64,000 nucleotides of DNA from Sedimentisphaeraceae bacterium JB056 (GTDB taxonomy: Bacteria > Planctomycetota > Phycisphaerae > Sedimentisphaerales > Sedimentisphaeraceae), in NCBI GenBank assembly GCA_044440125.1, contig JBITAJ010000015.1, forward strand, positions 265,178-329,177, read 5' to 3'. Within the stretch, counting starts at the first letter, position 1. Each line of letters starts with the position of its first letter. The notes below the pieces were generated by a model. It did not search any database. It was given only the letters and a program-made list of their open reading frames with translations, and was not told the DNA's origin. The translations under genes were made by a program, and so were the position numbers. Positions 10,533 through 22,370 of this stretch are shown one piece after another.

Positions 10533-12404
10533 CTAAAAGCTCTTTATCATTTCGGCGATTGCTTCGGGACTCATCCCCATATCATTTAGCTGAACGTCTC
10601 TCGAAGCTTTTTTGATGTAGGAGTCGGGCCCGCCTATTATCTTGAATTTGCCCTTAATCTCTCCTGTTTGACTGCTTATTTCCTCAAGTATCGCAGAACC
10701 CAAACCGCATGCTATGCTGTGTTCTTCAAGGACAATTATGTTCTTGCCTTTTTTAGCAATATCGACGATATACTGGTCTATAGGTTTCGCAAATCTTGTA
10801 TTTATCACATCGATTTTGATGTTCTCCTGCTCAAGAAGCTGGGCTGCATTGACTGCTCTTGAGAGCATCGTACCATAGGAAACTATCACCGTGTCGGCAT
10901 CATTTTGTGTAAGAGGCATACACTTGCCGTATTCAAACGGCTCGTTTAGTTGCGGATATTTTTGCTGCATTTCAACACAGACAGAATCCCTTGGGTACCT
11001 CAAGGCGACAGGTTTGCCGCAATTAGCTGCGTATCTCAATGCTGAGTGCATCTCAGCTTCGCAAGCCGGAGCCAGTACCACCATATTAGGCAGCATTCGC
11101 AAAAATCCTATATCAAGAAGCCCATGGTGAGTTGCTCCATCATATCCTACAACACCGGCTCTGTCTATGCAAAGCACAACAGGCAAATCCTGCAGGGATA
11201 CTTCGTGAGCTATCTGGTCGAAGCTTCTTTGGAAGAATGTGGAGTATATGCAGACGAATGGTTTTAGTCCGCTCTTTGCCATTCCTGCTGCGATATCAAC
11301 CGCTGCGCTTTCAGCAATTCCAACGTCGTAGTATCTATCAGGGAACAGCTCGCGGAATTTATTTAATCCAGTGCCGTCGGGCATTGCCGCCGTGATCGCT
11401 GTTATTTTTTCATCTTCTGAGGCTATTTGTGCCAAAGCTTCGCCGAATACTCCCGTATAGCTTTTACCACATGACGGTTTACAATTTCCATCTTGGCAGA
11501 ATGGGCCGGTGGAGTGGAATTTTGACGGGTTTGTGTCTGCCGGTTCATATCCCTTGCCTTTTCTTGTGTAAACGTGGAGAACGGCAGGGTGTTTCAAATC
11601 CTTCAGTGCCTTGAAGAGTCTTATAAGTGAACCTATGTCGTGTCCATCAACAGGCCCGAAATAGGCAAGATTCATGCTTTCAAAGAGTCTGCTTGCCGGC
11701 AGAGCCATACGAATTGTCTTTTTGAATCTTTCAAGCGCGCCGTCAACGGCTTTACCTATCAACGGTACATGCTCCAGTATGTTTTTGGAGGTTCTTACAA
11801 GTTCTTCATACGTATGGTTAAGCCGCATCCTCGAAAAAATTTCAGCTACGGCTCCCTGTGTTACATCAATGCTCATTGAGTTGTCATTGAGAACAACCAG
11901 CATTTGTCTATTCAGAGATTGGAGATTGTTTATGGCTTCAAGAGATGCGCCGTTTACAATGCTGCCGTCACCAACAAGAGCCACGATTTTTTCATCAGTC
12001 TTGTTTTGTATGGAAGCCAGTCCCATACCAAGGGCCGTTCCGATAGAAGTACCTGCGTGTCCTACTTCAAATCTGTCATACTCACTTTCGGTAGGTTGAG
12101 GGAAGCCGCTTACACCGTCTTCTTTTCTGAGTTTGTCGAAACCTTCACGCCGTCCCGTAAGGATTTTGTGTGTATAACATTGATGACCGACATCCCAAAG
12201 CAAATGATCTGTCTTGAAATCAAAAACGTAATGCAGTGCTATCGTCGTTTCAACAACTCCCAGATTGCTTGCAAGGTGTCCGCCGTTTACGCCGACTTTA
12301 TCAATAATGAAATCTCTTATTTCTGCAGCCAGAGTTTCAAGTTCTGAAACGCTTAGTTGTCGCAGTTCTTGTGGACTGTTTATTTTTTCGAGATATTTGT
12401 ACAT
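10533..12404 (-). CDS. dxs: 1-deoxy-D-xylulose-5-phosphate synthase
   Basis: GGHLASNLG, WDVGHQ, GIAE, DRAG...DGATHHG, LRYPR. Confidence 0.96.
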   Translation of the reverse strand: MYKYLEKINSPQELRQLSVSELETLAAEIRDFIIDKVGVNGGHLASNLGVVETTIALHYVFDFKTDHLLWDVGHQCYTHKILTGRREGFDKLRKEDGVSGFPQPTESEYDRFEVGHAGTSIGTALGMGLASIQNKTDEKIVALVGDGSIVNGASLEAINNLQSLNRQMLVVLNDNSMSIDVTQGAVAEIFSRMRLNHTYEELVRTSKNILEHVPLIGKAVDGALERFKKTIRMALPASRLFESMNLAYFGPVDGHDIGSLIRLFKALKDLKHPAVLHVYTRKGKGYEPADTNPSKFHSTGPFCQDGNCKPSCGKSYTGVFGEALAQIASEDEKITAITAAMPDGTGLNKFRELFPDRYYDVGIAESAAVDIAAGMAKSGLKPFVCIYSTFFQRSFDQIAHEVSLQDLPVVLCIDRAGVVGYDGATHHGLLDIGFLRMLPNMVVLAPACEAEMHSALRYAANCGKPVALRYPRDSVCVEMQQKYPQLNEPFEYGKCMPLTQNDADTVIVSYGTMLSRAVNAAQLLEQENIKIDVINTRFAKPIDQYIVDIAKKGKNIIVLEEHSIACGLGSAILEEISSQTGEIKGKFKIIGGPDSYIKKASRDVQLNDMGMSPEAIAEMIKSF

Positions 12405-12440
12405 GCTGTTTCTGTAAATTATTTAGTTCAACTGTTACTG

Positions 12441-13343
12441 TTATTTTGTACGGTGAAGGAGCATAAAAATCAAACCTCTCAGCAGTTGAGCTTTGTCGCC
12501 AAAATCTTTCAGTAATTCCAACGCCTCATTTGCCAGTTTTTCCGCGGCTTCTTTTGATTTCTCCATGCCGAGAATAGCAGGGTAGGTGGCTTTGCCTTGC
12601 TCAAGGTCTTTGCCAACGGTTTTCCCCATTTGTTCTGTAGTAGCGGTGATATCAAGTATGTCGTCAGCTACCTGGAAACCAAGCCCGATTTTCAATCCGT
12701 ATATTGTCATCTTTGATATGACATCGCTTGACGCTCCTGCTGCAATAGCACCCAGTGCCGCGGCACCGGAGAACATCATAGCTGTTTTATTATTATGTAT
12801 ATAATTCACCATTTCAATGTCAGGTTCGGTCTGCTCTGAAAGCATATCGGCCATTTGGCCTGCCACCATTCCTGAGGGACCGGCAACGCAGGATAATATG
12901 CCAACCATCTTAATTGCTTTATTTGAATCGCATACGTCTGTAGCGAGAAGCTCAAATGCAAGAGTCAGAAGGGCATCACCAGTGAGTATTGCGGTTGCCT
13001 CATCGTATTTTTTGTGTACGGTTGGACGGCCTCTTCTAAGGTCATCGTCATCCATAGCAGGCAAATCATCATGAACAAGAGAATAGGTATGCACCATCTC
13101 CATGGCTGCTGCTGCTGTTTTGGCATCATTATTGACTTCGCCGCATATCATTTTGCAAACCCACATTATAACCGCGGCACGGGCCCTTTTGCCTTCGCCA
13201 TAAAGAGCATATTCCATCGCTTCTTTGAGTTTGCGCTCTATTTCACTTTGCTCACTCATTACTTCATGAAGAAATTTGTTTATTTCTTCCGCTGATTTAA
13301 CGAGTTCATTCTTTACAGTTTCCTGCTCTGCTATTTTTTGCAT
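12441..13343 (-). CDS. ispA: Polyprenyl (farnesyl/geranylgeranyl) diphosphate synthase
   Basis: HTYSLVHDDLPAMDDDDLRRGRPT, FQVADDILD, GKTVGKD; probable start ATG 13343. Confidence 0.92.
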   Translation of the reverse strand: MQKIAEQETVKNELVKSAEEINKFLHEVMSEQSEIERKLKEAMEYALYGEGKRARAAVIMWVCKMICGEVNNDAKTAAAAMEMVHTYSLVHDDLPAMDDDDLRRGRPTVHKKYDEATAILTGDALLTLAFELLATDVCDSNKAIKMVGILSCVAGPSGMVAGQMADMLSEQTEPDIEMVNYIHNNKTAMMFSGAAALGAIAAGASSDVISKMTIYGLKIGLGFQVADDILDITATTEQMGKTVGKDLEQGKATYPAILGMEKSKEAAEKLANEALELLKDFGDKAQLLRGLIFMLLHRTK

Positions 13344-13455
13344 ATAAAATCCGATTGGTAAAAGTATCAAACCATTGGCTTTTAAGCCATAAATCTGTTA
13401 TTATATAAATTTTCGAGAATATGACACCAATAAAATATAAGATTACGAGTGATTG

Positions 13456-14379
13456 ATGAATAGAGAAAAGATACTGATTCTTGGAGTTACGGCCAGCGGC
13501 AAGAGCCGTCTTGCTTTTGATCTTGCTAAAGATATGGAGACTGAGGTTATAAGTATAGATTCCATGAAGGTTTACAAGAAAATGGATATTGGTACTGCCA
13601 AGCCGTCTTTAGAAAACAGAAAAATTGTAAACTATCATCTTCTGGATGTTGTTGAGCCTTGGGAGTCTTTCGGTGTTAATAAATTTCTGGAGCTTGAGGG
13701 AAAGGCAGAGAAAGACATTCTTTCCAGAAGAAAATGCCTGATTGCAGCCGGTGGTACATCAATGTACATCAAAAATCTCCTTTACGGACTCTTTGAAGGG
13801 CCGGGAACCGATGAGGCAATACGCGAAAAACTCAAAAAGCAGCTTGAAACAGAAGGGCAGATGCTGATGCACCAGCGTCTTGCCAAGGTAGACCCTGAAG
13901 CGGCCGAGAGAATACATCCCAATGATGCAAAGCGGCTTGTGCGGGCACTTGAGGTCTATGAGATTACTGGAAAACCGATATCTTCATTTCAAACCCAGTT
14001 TAATTCCTCTCCTGATCCAAGCTGGTTTGTGATTGGCATAAGGCGGCCTAAAGAGGTTGAAAGCAAGCGTATAAACGCCAGGGTTAAGAAAATGGTGGAA
14101 ATGGGGCTTGTAGAAGAGGCAAAAGAGCTTTTTAATATGGAAAGACCTTTGAGTAAGCAAGCTTCCGTAGCTATCGGTTATACAGAGTTTTTTGACTATT
14201 TCAAGGGGAAAATCACTCTCGAAAAAGCCATCGAGCAGGTAAAGATCAACACCAGAAGACTTGCCAAGGGGCAGCGAACATGGTTCAAAAGCTTTGAAGG
14301 TGTAAACTGGATAGACGCTGACGAGGATACCGATCCGAAAGATGTTCTCAGACGAGCTAAAGAATTGATAAATTCTTGA
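13456..14379 (+). CDS. miaA: tRNA dimethylallyltransferase
   Basis: GVTASGKS, DSMKVYKKMDIGTAKP, IHPND, KGQRTWF. Confidence 0.95.
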   Translation: MNREKILILGVTASGKSRLAFDLAKDMETEVISIDSMKVYKKMDIGTAKPSLENRKIVNYHLLDVVEPWESFGVNKFLELEGKAEKDILSRRKCLIAAGGTSMYIKNLLYGLFEGPGTDEAIREKLKKQLETEGQMLMHQRLAKVDPEAAERIHPNDAKRLVRALEVYEITGKPISSFQTQFNSSPDPSWFVIGIRRPKEVESKRINARVKKMVEMGLVEEAKELFNMERPLSKQASVAIGYTEFFDYFKGKITLEKAIEQVKINTRRLAKGQRTWFKSFEGVNWIDADEDTDPKDVLRRAKELINS

Positions 14380-14397
14380 TATAAAATATGTTGTGAT

Positions 14398-14432
14398 AAA
14401 AAAAGGCCGGTATAACATACCGGCCTTTTTTT
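14398..14432. terminator. Bidirectional intrinsic terminator
   Basis: A7-GGCCGGTAT-AAC-ATACCGGCC-T7 between convergent genes. Confidence 0.9.
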
Positions 14433-14444
14433 CTTTAAGCGTGA

Positions 14445-15008
14445 TTAGTTCAGTTCTTTGTCTTTCCAGTACTTTGTCCCACTCAAAGTTGCCTGTAAAG
14501 TTATACCTGATTCAGTAAATTCATATAAAGACATACCGCTTGCCAGTGTTCCGGAAGCTTCAGCCGCACCACCTTTTTCGCCTGATTTGGCTGATGCATC
14601 AGCATTGGCTCCAAATTCCCAGCCGCTGGTTATGAATTTATTCATCGTCTCTTTACTATGGAAAACGACGATAGCCCGGAAATCCTTAACTCCGATTCCC
14701 AGACCTATTCCGGCTTCTCCCATTTTCATATATGTCTTTTCGCCTGTATTGTTGTTAACGACCATTCCATAGCCGCCGCCGCCACTGACGAATATTACGT
14801 TGACATTCACGTTACTGAAAACGCCATAACCTTCAGCTTTATCGATGATATTTTTGCCTTCATCGATTTCTTGATAAAATTGCTGCAAGCTTTTAACTCT
14901 CATTTCATTGATTTCGTCTCTTCTTTGATCAATGGTGAGATCTTTGCTTGGTCCACAACCGGAGATAATTACGGCAAATGCCAATAATGCTAAAATTTTA
15001 ATTCTCAT
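14445..15008 (-). CDS. YSC84/SYLF-related lipoprotein
   Basis: Lipobox ISGC; GGGGYGMVVNN...GIGLGIG...GWEFGANADA...LSGTKYWKDKELN; AAGGAG upstream of ATG 15008. Confidence 0.75.
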   Translation of the reverse strand: MRIKILALLAFAVIISGCGPSKDLTIDQRRDEINEMRVKSLQQFYQEIDEGKNIIDKAEGYGVFSNVNVNVIFVSGGGGYGMVVNNNTGEKTYMKMGEAGIGLGIGVKDFRAIVVFHSKETMNKFITSGWEFGANADASAKSGEKGGAAEASGTLASGMSLYEFTESGITLQATLSGTKYWKDKELN

Positions 15009-15150
15009 CATATACTCCTTCAACAATAATTAGTAATAATATTATACTACATCTATTATTGATTTTATAAAAGCTCAGTTAAGCTGTCAATAAGGAAAAA
15101 ACTGCTATTTGAGTTTTCTGATAAGAATAAGTATTTAGTGTTTTCGGGAA

Positions 15151-15597
15151 TTATTGGTTTTCCATTGCGTATTTTGCATGTTCAGCGAGTTGTTTTATCA
15201 ACTCAGCCTTTTTGACTTCGTGGCTTCTTATCTGAGTGGCGTAGGCATCGGCTGAGAGTATATCTTCAGCCTTTTCTATCATCTGCTCTACTTCTTCCAT
15301 TGGTATTCCATCGAAACCGGTAACATCATATGCCAGAATGGTCGCATTGTTTTCGGCAAACTGAACAAAGCCGCCATCAATTAGGAAACTTTGGTCTGGT
15401 ATTTGCTGCCCATCATTGTCAACTACCTTTTTGGCTACCATTATTCCAAGACCGAGTTCTGAGACGATCGAACAATGGCCGCGCATTATTCCAAGCTGTC
15501 CGTCAACGGCAGGTACAATCAGCGAATGAACAAAGCAGTCGAGTAGATTGCGGTTTCGCGTTATAAGTTTACATTTGAATACGGAGAAGTCAGCCAT
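15151..15597 (-). CDS. atpC: F1 ATP synthase epsilon subunit
   Basis: VPAVDGQLGIMRGH, IDGGFVQ; last gene of the atp operon. Confidence 0.9.
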   Translation of the reverse strand: MADFSVFKCKLITRNRNLLDCFVHSLIVPAVDGQLGIMRGHCSIVSELGLGIMVAKKVVDNDGQQIPDQSFLIDGGFVQFAENNATILAYDVTGFDGIPMEEVEQMIEKAEDILSADAYATQIRSHEVKKAELIKQLAEHAKYAMENQ

Positions 15598-15608
15598 TGT
15601 TTATCCTC

Positions 15609-17048
<1,440 letters not shown>

Positions 17049-17099
17049 TTATATTGCTAAATATTCTTCAAACGGTTTTTGCCGCTGATTTCAGAAACA

Positions 17100-17993
17100 T
17101 TATTTCATAGCCTCAACACCGCCAATTATATCCATCAGGTCGCCGGTTATTTGTCCCTGACGTGCTCGATTATATTCACCCTGAAGTTCCTTAAGCATAT
17201 TATCAGCATTCTCAGTAGCACTTTTCATTGCTACGACTCTCGAAAGATGTTCGCTTAATGCAGAATCAAGGAAGCATCCTGAAAGAGCTGAGCGTATCAT
17301 CATATAGATCAGAGAATTAAATATCTCGTCTATTGAAGGCGTAAGCTCGAATTCAGACGGGTTGGTTTTCCATGGCCATATTATTGTCGAACGGGTCGTT
17401 AGGTCATCTATCAGATCGGCAACCGGCAGAATCGAAAGTGTTTGAGCATGCTGACTTGCCAGTGAGAAGAACCTTGTATATATAACGCCAAAGTAATCAA
17501 TCTCTTTCTTCTCATATTGATCGATGAAGCTGTCTGCTATTGCATCAACCTGCTGTGGAGTCGGAACTTCATCAAAGTCGGTATATTCCTTAACTATCGG
17601 AATTTTCTTGGACCTTAAGTATGAAATAGCCTTTTTGCCGGCAGCGTATACCTTAAGATTTTTACGGAACCGTTTCGCTCTTTTAATGTGCACATCTATA
17701 AGATGATTTATCTTGTTATTGAAACCGCCGCAAAGACCGCGGTTTGATCCCATTACGAGAATTGCAAAATTTCCGCTGTTATTATCTTCCATAAGCGGAT
17801 GTTTGATTGTTCTTTCTGAAGTCAGTATAAGGTACGCAAGCCTTGCGAGTTCGTCATCAAACTGCTGACGATTTCGCCATGTTTCAAGGTATTTGCGATA
17901 TCTCGATGTAGAGATCATCTCCATCGTTCTCGTTACCTTGCAGATATTGGCAACTGCTTTATGTCTTTGCTGTATTTGCCTTGTACCGGCCAT
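17100..17993 (-). CDS. atpG: F1 ATP synthase gamma subunit
   Basis: SNRGLCGGFN, SEHLSRVVAMKSATENA, YNRARQGQIT. Confidence 0.95.
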   Translation of the reverse strand: MAGTRQIQQRHKAVANICKVTRTMEMISTSRYRKYLETWRNRQQFDDELARLAYLILTSERTIKHPLMEDNNSGNFAILVMGSNRGLCGGFNNKINHLIDVHIKRAKRFRKNLKVYAAGKKAISYLRSKKIPIVKEYTDFDEVPTPQQVDAIADSFIDQYEKKEIDYFGVIYTRFFSLASQHAQTLSILPVADLIDDLTTRSTIIWPWKTNPSEFELTPSIDEIFNSLIYMMIRSALSGCFLDSALSEHLSRVVAMKSATENADNMLKELQGEYNRARQGQITGDLMDIIGGVEAMK

Positions 17994-17994
17994 T

Positions 17995-19518
17995 TTACAA
18001 TCCGAAAGAGAATCTGTAAATATTCTTATAAACGCTTATTATTTCTTTGAGGTCGGCAGCCATTTCGTCTGTCAACTTGCCGGACTCTTCTATTTCAGTA
18101 ATATACTCTTTGGCTTCAAGTCTTATCCATGTCAGAAGCTCATTTATGAAGTTTTGAACCTGATCAGTCTCAACATCATCGAGTACTCCACATGAGCCGG
18201 CAAAGATAGATATGACTTGCTCGGACACATCCATTGGAGAAAATTGCTGCTGCTTAAGTATCTCAACCATTTTGTATCCACGGTCAAGTTGAGACTGTGC
18301 GGCAGAATCAAGCTCTGTACCAAGACGGGCAAAATCTTCCAGCTCACGGAATGCGGCAAGATCAAGCCTGAGCCTTCCGGCTATCTTCTTCATCGCCGGA
18401 ACCTGTGCATCACCGCCCACACGACTAACGCTGATACCAACATCAACCGCAGGACGTATGCCCGATAGGAATAGGTCCTTCTGCAGATATATCTGCCCAT
18501 CGGTGATTGATATTATATTCGTTGGAATATATGCTGAAACCTGACCTTCAAGTGTTTCGATTATAGGCAGGGCAGTAAGTGAACCGCCTCCAAGTTCATC
18601 GCTGAGCTTCACGCCTCTTTCGAGCAGACGACTATGGAGATAGAAAATGTCACCGGGGAATGCTTCACGTCCTGGAGGGCGACGAAGCAGAAGGCTAAGC
18701 TCTCTGTAGGCTACTGAATGTTTTGAAAGGTCATCGTAAACACAAAGTGTTGCCGCTCCTTTTTCATACATAAAATGTTCTGCTATGGTGCATCCTGCAT
18801 ATGGTGCTATATATTGAAGCGGGGCACTGTCTGCGGCGCTTGCTGCGACAACTACAGTATATTCCATTGCGCCGTTTTGCTGAAGTATTTCAACAACCTC
18901 AGCTATTGTGGAATCTTTCTGGCCTATCGCTACATATACGCAGATAACACCGCGATCTTTCTGGTTGATTATTGTATCAAGAGCTATGGCTGTTTTGCCT
19001 GTTTTACGGTCTCCGATAATAAGTTCACGCTGTCCGCGTCCAATCGGAATCATTGCATCTATCGATTTTAAACCCGTTAGCAGCGGCTCCTTCACAGGTT
19101 GTCGACCTGCGATACCGACGCTTGCTGCATCAACAAGGCGATACTTATCAGCTTCGATATTTCCTTTGCCGTCAACAGGCTCACATAGCGGATTGACAAC
19201 TCTGCCAAGTATCTTGTCGCTTACAGGCAGTGTCAATACTTTTCCTGTTGATTTGACGATGGAACCCTCTCTGATATTGCTGTAGTCGCCATAAACAACA
19301 GCCCCGATGGAGTCTTCCTCAAGGTTGAATACTTCACCCGGTATGCCGCCTTCGAACTCGAGCATTTCGTTATTCATTGCGTTTTCTAAGCCGTAGATTC
19401 TTGCGATACCATCGCCAATTTCCATCACACGGCCTACAGTGGCAACATTAAGCTCGTTTTTGTAGCTGCTTATTTCCTGTTTTATAAGCGAACTTATTTC
19501 TTTAACATCAAATTTCAT
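17995..19518 (-). CDS. atpA: F1 ATP synthase alpha subunit
   Basis: [37 protein letters not shown]; probable start MKFDVKEI at 19518. Confidence 0.97.
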   Translation of the reverse strand: MKFDVKEISSLIKQEISSYKNELNVATVGRVMEIGDGIARIYGLENAMNNEMLEFEGGIPGEVFNLEEDSIGAVVYGDYSNIREGSIVKSTGKVLTLPVSDKILGRVVNPLCEPVDGKGNIEADKYRLVDAASVGIAGRQPVKEPLLTGLKSIDAMIPIGRGQRELIIGDRKTGKTAIALDTIINQKDRGVICVYVAIGQKDSTIAEVVEILQQNGAMEYTVVVAASAADSAPLQYIAPYAGCTIAEHFMYEKGAATLCVYDDLSKHSVAYRELSLLLRRPPGREAFPGDIFYLHSRLLERGVKLSDELGGGSLTALPIIETLEGQVSAYIPTNIISITDGQIYLQKDLFLSGIRPAVDVGISVSRVGGDAQVPAMKKIAGRLRLDLAAFRELEDFARLGTELDSAAQSQLDRGYKMVEILKQQQFSPMDVSEQVISIFAGSCGVLDDVETDQVQNFINELLTWIRLEAKEYITEIEESGKLTDEMAADLKEIISVYKNIYRFSFGL

Positions 19519-19605
19519 ATTGTACCAATCGTTTTTATGAGCGTTTGCTACGCAGTTACAGACATTGGTCGACAAGCCGATCATCTATCGGAATATGTCG
19601 TTATA

Positions 19606-20169
19606 TTATGCTTTAATTTTGTTTTTGATTCTTGATTTGGCATCAGATAATATGCGTCTTAGAGAGTTGTCAACATACTCTCCCCCATGACGTATTATGA
19701 TACCGCCCAGAATCTCAGGGTCTATGCTATAGATTATCTTCACCTGAGCATTAACCGCATCACTCAATTTTTTCTCAAGCTCAGTTTTCTGCTCATCAGT
19801 CATTTGCGATGCGACTGTAACGTCTATTCGCTTTATTCCGTTATGTTCATCGAGTAGTTTTTCGTAGACTCTGGTTGTATCTTTAAGATATCTGAGTCTG
19901 TCACGGCGAAGCATTGATACCAGCAAACCTATTGCCAGTTTATCTGCTTTGCCGTCCAGGACTTTATCAACAAGAGCTATCTTCTCACTGAGCTGCACAA
20001 ATGGAGAACACAGGATTGATGTAAAATCCTTTTCCTGTTCCAGTAAGTCTGCTAAGTCACTGAGCTCTTCAAACATCTGCTGGCATTTGTCCTCCTCTAT
20101 TGCGAGTTCAAATACCACTGATGCATAGGTTTCAGCAATAACTTCAGTTTTCAGGTTTTCAGCTGCCAT
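19606..20169 (-). CDS. atpH: F1 ATP synthase delta subunit
   Basis: IAETYA..., IDPEILGGIII...VDNSL; operon position. Confidence 0.93.
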   Translation of the reverse strand: MAAENLKTEVIAETYASVVFELAIEEDKCQQMFEELSDLADLLEQEKDFTSILCSPFVQLSEKIALVDKVLDGKADKLAIGLLVSMLRRDRLRYLKDTTRVYEKLLDEHNGIKRIDVTVASQMTDEQKTELEKKLSDAVNAQVKIIYSIDPEILGGIIIRHGGEYVDNSLRRILSDAKSRIKNKIKA

Positions 20170-20172
20170 TGC

Positions 20173-20778
20173 TTATGTCGTTCCCTGAATGTTTCTGAAT
20201 TTGTTAATAGCATCATCAATGAGCTTTTTGTTATCGTCAGCTGTTAGCGTTTTGCTGAAGATCTCACTTCCAAGAGAACACACCATCTCTCCGGCATCAT
20301 CCCAGAGTGTTTTTCGTGCAGATTCGACTGCCTTGTCGATGTCCTCTTTTGCTCTGCTCTTTATACCCTCAGCTTCTTTTTTAGCAGCGTTGATTATATC
20401 ACCGGCTTTGTTTTGTCCTTTTTCGACTTCTTTTTCAGCAAGCAATCTAGCTTCATCCTGTGCCGCTGCTATTTTCTTCTCGTATTCTGCCAGTCTTTCG
20501 TTGGCAAGTCTTCGAGTTTCTTCGGCTTTGCTTATCTCTGAAGATATATGGTCTTCACGTGCCTTCAAGCCGGCAAGCAATGGTTTCCAGGCAAATTTCT
20601 TTAAAGCGAATAGAAGGACAGCGAACCATACAAGAGTCCATATTGATTCACCGGGATAGCCGCTGAATACAGAACTTTCTGATGAATGCTCTGCTTCTGC
20701 CATAGGTGTTTCCGAGGCAAATACGGCTGCTGTGAAAAGCATTGGGTAAACAGCTGTTATATATCTTTTAAGCTGCAT
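20173..20778 (-). CDS. atpF: F0 ATP synthase b subunit
   Basis: WTLVWFAVLLFALKKFAWKPLL...RE followed by coiled coil; N-terminal extension. Confidence 0.93.
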   Translation of the reverse strand: MQLKRYITAVYPMLFTAAVFASETPMAEAEHSSESSVFSGYPGESIWTLVWFAVLLFALKKFAWKPLLAGLKAREDHISSEISKAEETRRLANERLAEYEKKIAAAQDEARLLAEKEVEKGQNKAGDIINAAKKEAEGIKSRAKEDIDKAVESARKTLWDDAGEMVCSLGSEIFSKTLTADDNKKLIDDAINKFRNIQGTT

Positions 20779-20789
20779 CTACCTACGCC

Positions 20790-21086
20790 TTAAATTACGC
20801 TTAACAAACAAATAATTAAAGCAAACAGTGTAACACCTTCGATCAAAGCTGCAGCAATAATCATACAGGTGAAGATTCTTCCGCCTGCCTCAGGTTGTCT
20901 TGCGATAGCTTCTGTAGCGCGTCCGGCAAGGTTACCGATACCGATACCGGCACCTATTACAATAAGACCGCAAGCCAGAAGACCGCCCAGCATTCCAAGG
21001 CCTTTGTCGTCAAGATCAATATTGACCTCTGCAAGCAATGTAGGTATTACAGTTAATAAAGTTGTAAACATATTTTTAATCTCCAT
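20790..21086 (-). CDS. atpE: F0 ATP synthase c subunit
   Basis: GAGIGIG...ARQPE...AALIEG. Confidence 0.95.
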   Translation of the reverse strand: MEIKNMFTTLLTVIPTLLAEVNIDLDDKGLGMLGGLLACGLIVIGAGIGIGNLAGRATEAIARQPEAGGRIFTCMIIAAALIEGVTLFALIICLLSVI

Positions 21087-21117
21087 TTATTAAAATGTTA
21101 TTTTATACTCGTATCGT

Positions 21118-21900
21118 CTAATGTTCAGGATGTATTGCGAAGCCTATGAATATTGCGGTCAGGAACGTAAAGATATACGCCTGAAGAAAAGCAACGAATA
21201 TTTCAAGAAAACTCATTACAACCGTGAAGCTTATGGAAGCTGTAGCAACCATGAAATTTTTGTAAAGTATTATAAATCCTAATATAGTAGCAAGTAATAT
21301 GTGACCTGCCAGTATATTAGCGAACAGCCTTATAGCAAGAGAGAACATTCTTACAAAAGAACTTATCACCTCAAGACAGAACATTGGCGGCCACATTATC
21401 CACGGAACCTTTGGACAGAAGTCTTTGATATAGTTCTTTATACCGTTTTGTTTGATACCTGCGGCATGGAAGAATATAAAGGAAAACAGAGCAAGAGCTC
21501 CGGTTACCCATATATTTCCGGTAGGAGCACCGTAAAGATGGTTCTTTTTCTGGGTTATGAGCCAGATTATTCTGTCAGAAGGAACAAGTCCAAGAAGGTT
21601 CATTGTGAGTATGAAGAAGAAGAGAGTCCACAATACCATTACGTATTTGTCAGTGTCATCTTTAAGGAAAGGTCGGGCTATCTCTTCGCGGATGAAAACG
21701 CATATTGTTTCTATTACGTTTCCAAATCCTCTTCTTATTATCCGAATTTTTCCTACCGACAAAGGCAATATGATAAGAAGCAGTATAGCGGCAACGCCTA
21801 TCATAAGCATATGGTTTGTAAATTCAAACCAGCCTATCTTAAATAGCGTTTTACTCGCTATCTCCTCGAGGGGATTCGCTGTTATTAATGTTAATCTCAT
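21118..21900 (-). CDS. atpB: F0 ATP synthase a subunit
   Basis: NLLGLVP, SLAIRLFANILAGH, LQAYIFTFL. Confidence 0.95.
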   Translation of the reverse strand: MRLTLITANPLEEIASKTLFKIGWFEFTNHMLMIGVAAILLLIILPLSVGKIRIIRRGFGNVIETICVFIREEIARPFLKDDTDKYVMVLWTLFFFILTMNLLGLVPSDRIIWLITQKKNHLYGAPTGNIWVTGALALFSFIFFHAAGIKQNGIKNYIKDFCPKVPWIMWPPMFCLEVISSFVRMFSLAIRLFANILAGHILLATILGFIILYKNFMVATASISFTVVMSFLEIFVAFLQAYIFTFLTAIFIGFAIHPEH

Positions 21901-22318
21901 TTTTCTTGTCTGCGAAAAAGTCTTTCTTTGTCCACTGGTGTTTTTTGATATATCTCATATTCAGAGAAGTATCCACCGCCAAGAACATGAAATAAATTAT
22001 GGCAGTCCATATTAATAAAACATGCTCTATCAAATTCGAGTTTTTCAGTACCGCTACTATAAAAATACCCATTAAGAGTATTCTCATAGCGGATCCAATC
22101 ATAAATACAGCTATGAAACTGTTGAATTTCCGCTTATCCACCAGCACATAAGGTACTAACGATATGAGCCAGCTTATTGTAACGGCAGCTATCGCAAATC
22201 CGCATTCTTTGGACGAACCGCTACCGATATAACTACTAATTCTGTAAATAAACGTCAGAATAAAGTATGCAATCAGTCCGCAAGAAATTACTTTGGTGAA
22301 ATTTATCTTCTCTGACAT
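21851..22318 (-). CDS. AtpI-like four-TM protein
   Basis: Four hydrophobic segments; first gene of the atp cluster, overlapping atpB. Confidence 0.6.
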   Translation of the reverse strand: MSEKINFTKVISCGLIAYFILTFIYRISSYIGSGSSKECGFAIAAVTISWLISLVPYVLVDKRKFNSFIAVFMIGSAMRILLMGIFIVAVLKNSNLIEHVLLIWTAIIYFMFLAVDTSLNMRYIKKHQWTKKDFFADKKNEININNSESPRGDSE

Positions 22319-22370
22319 ATCAGAGTACCTTCAGTATTGCAGAACCTGCGCATCTTCGAAAACATCAGCT

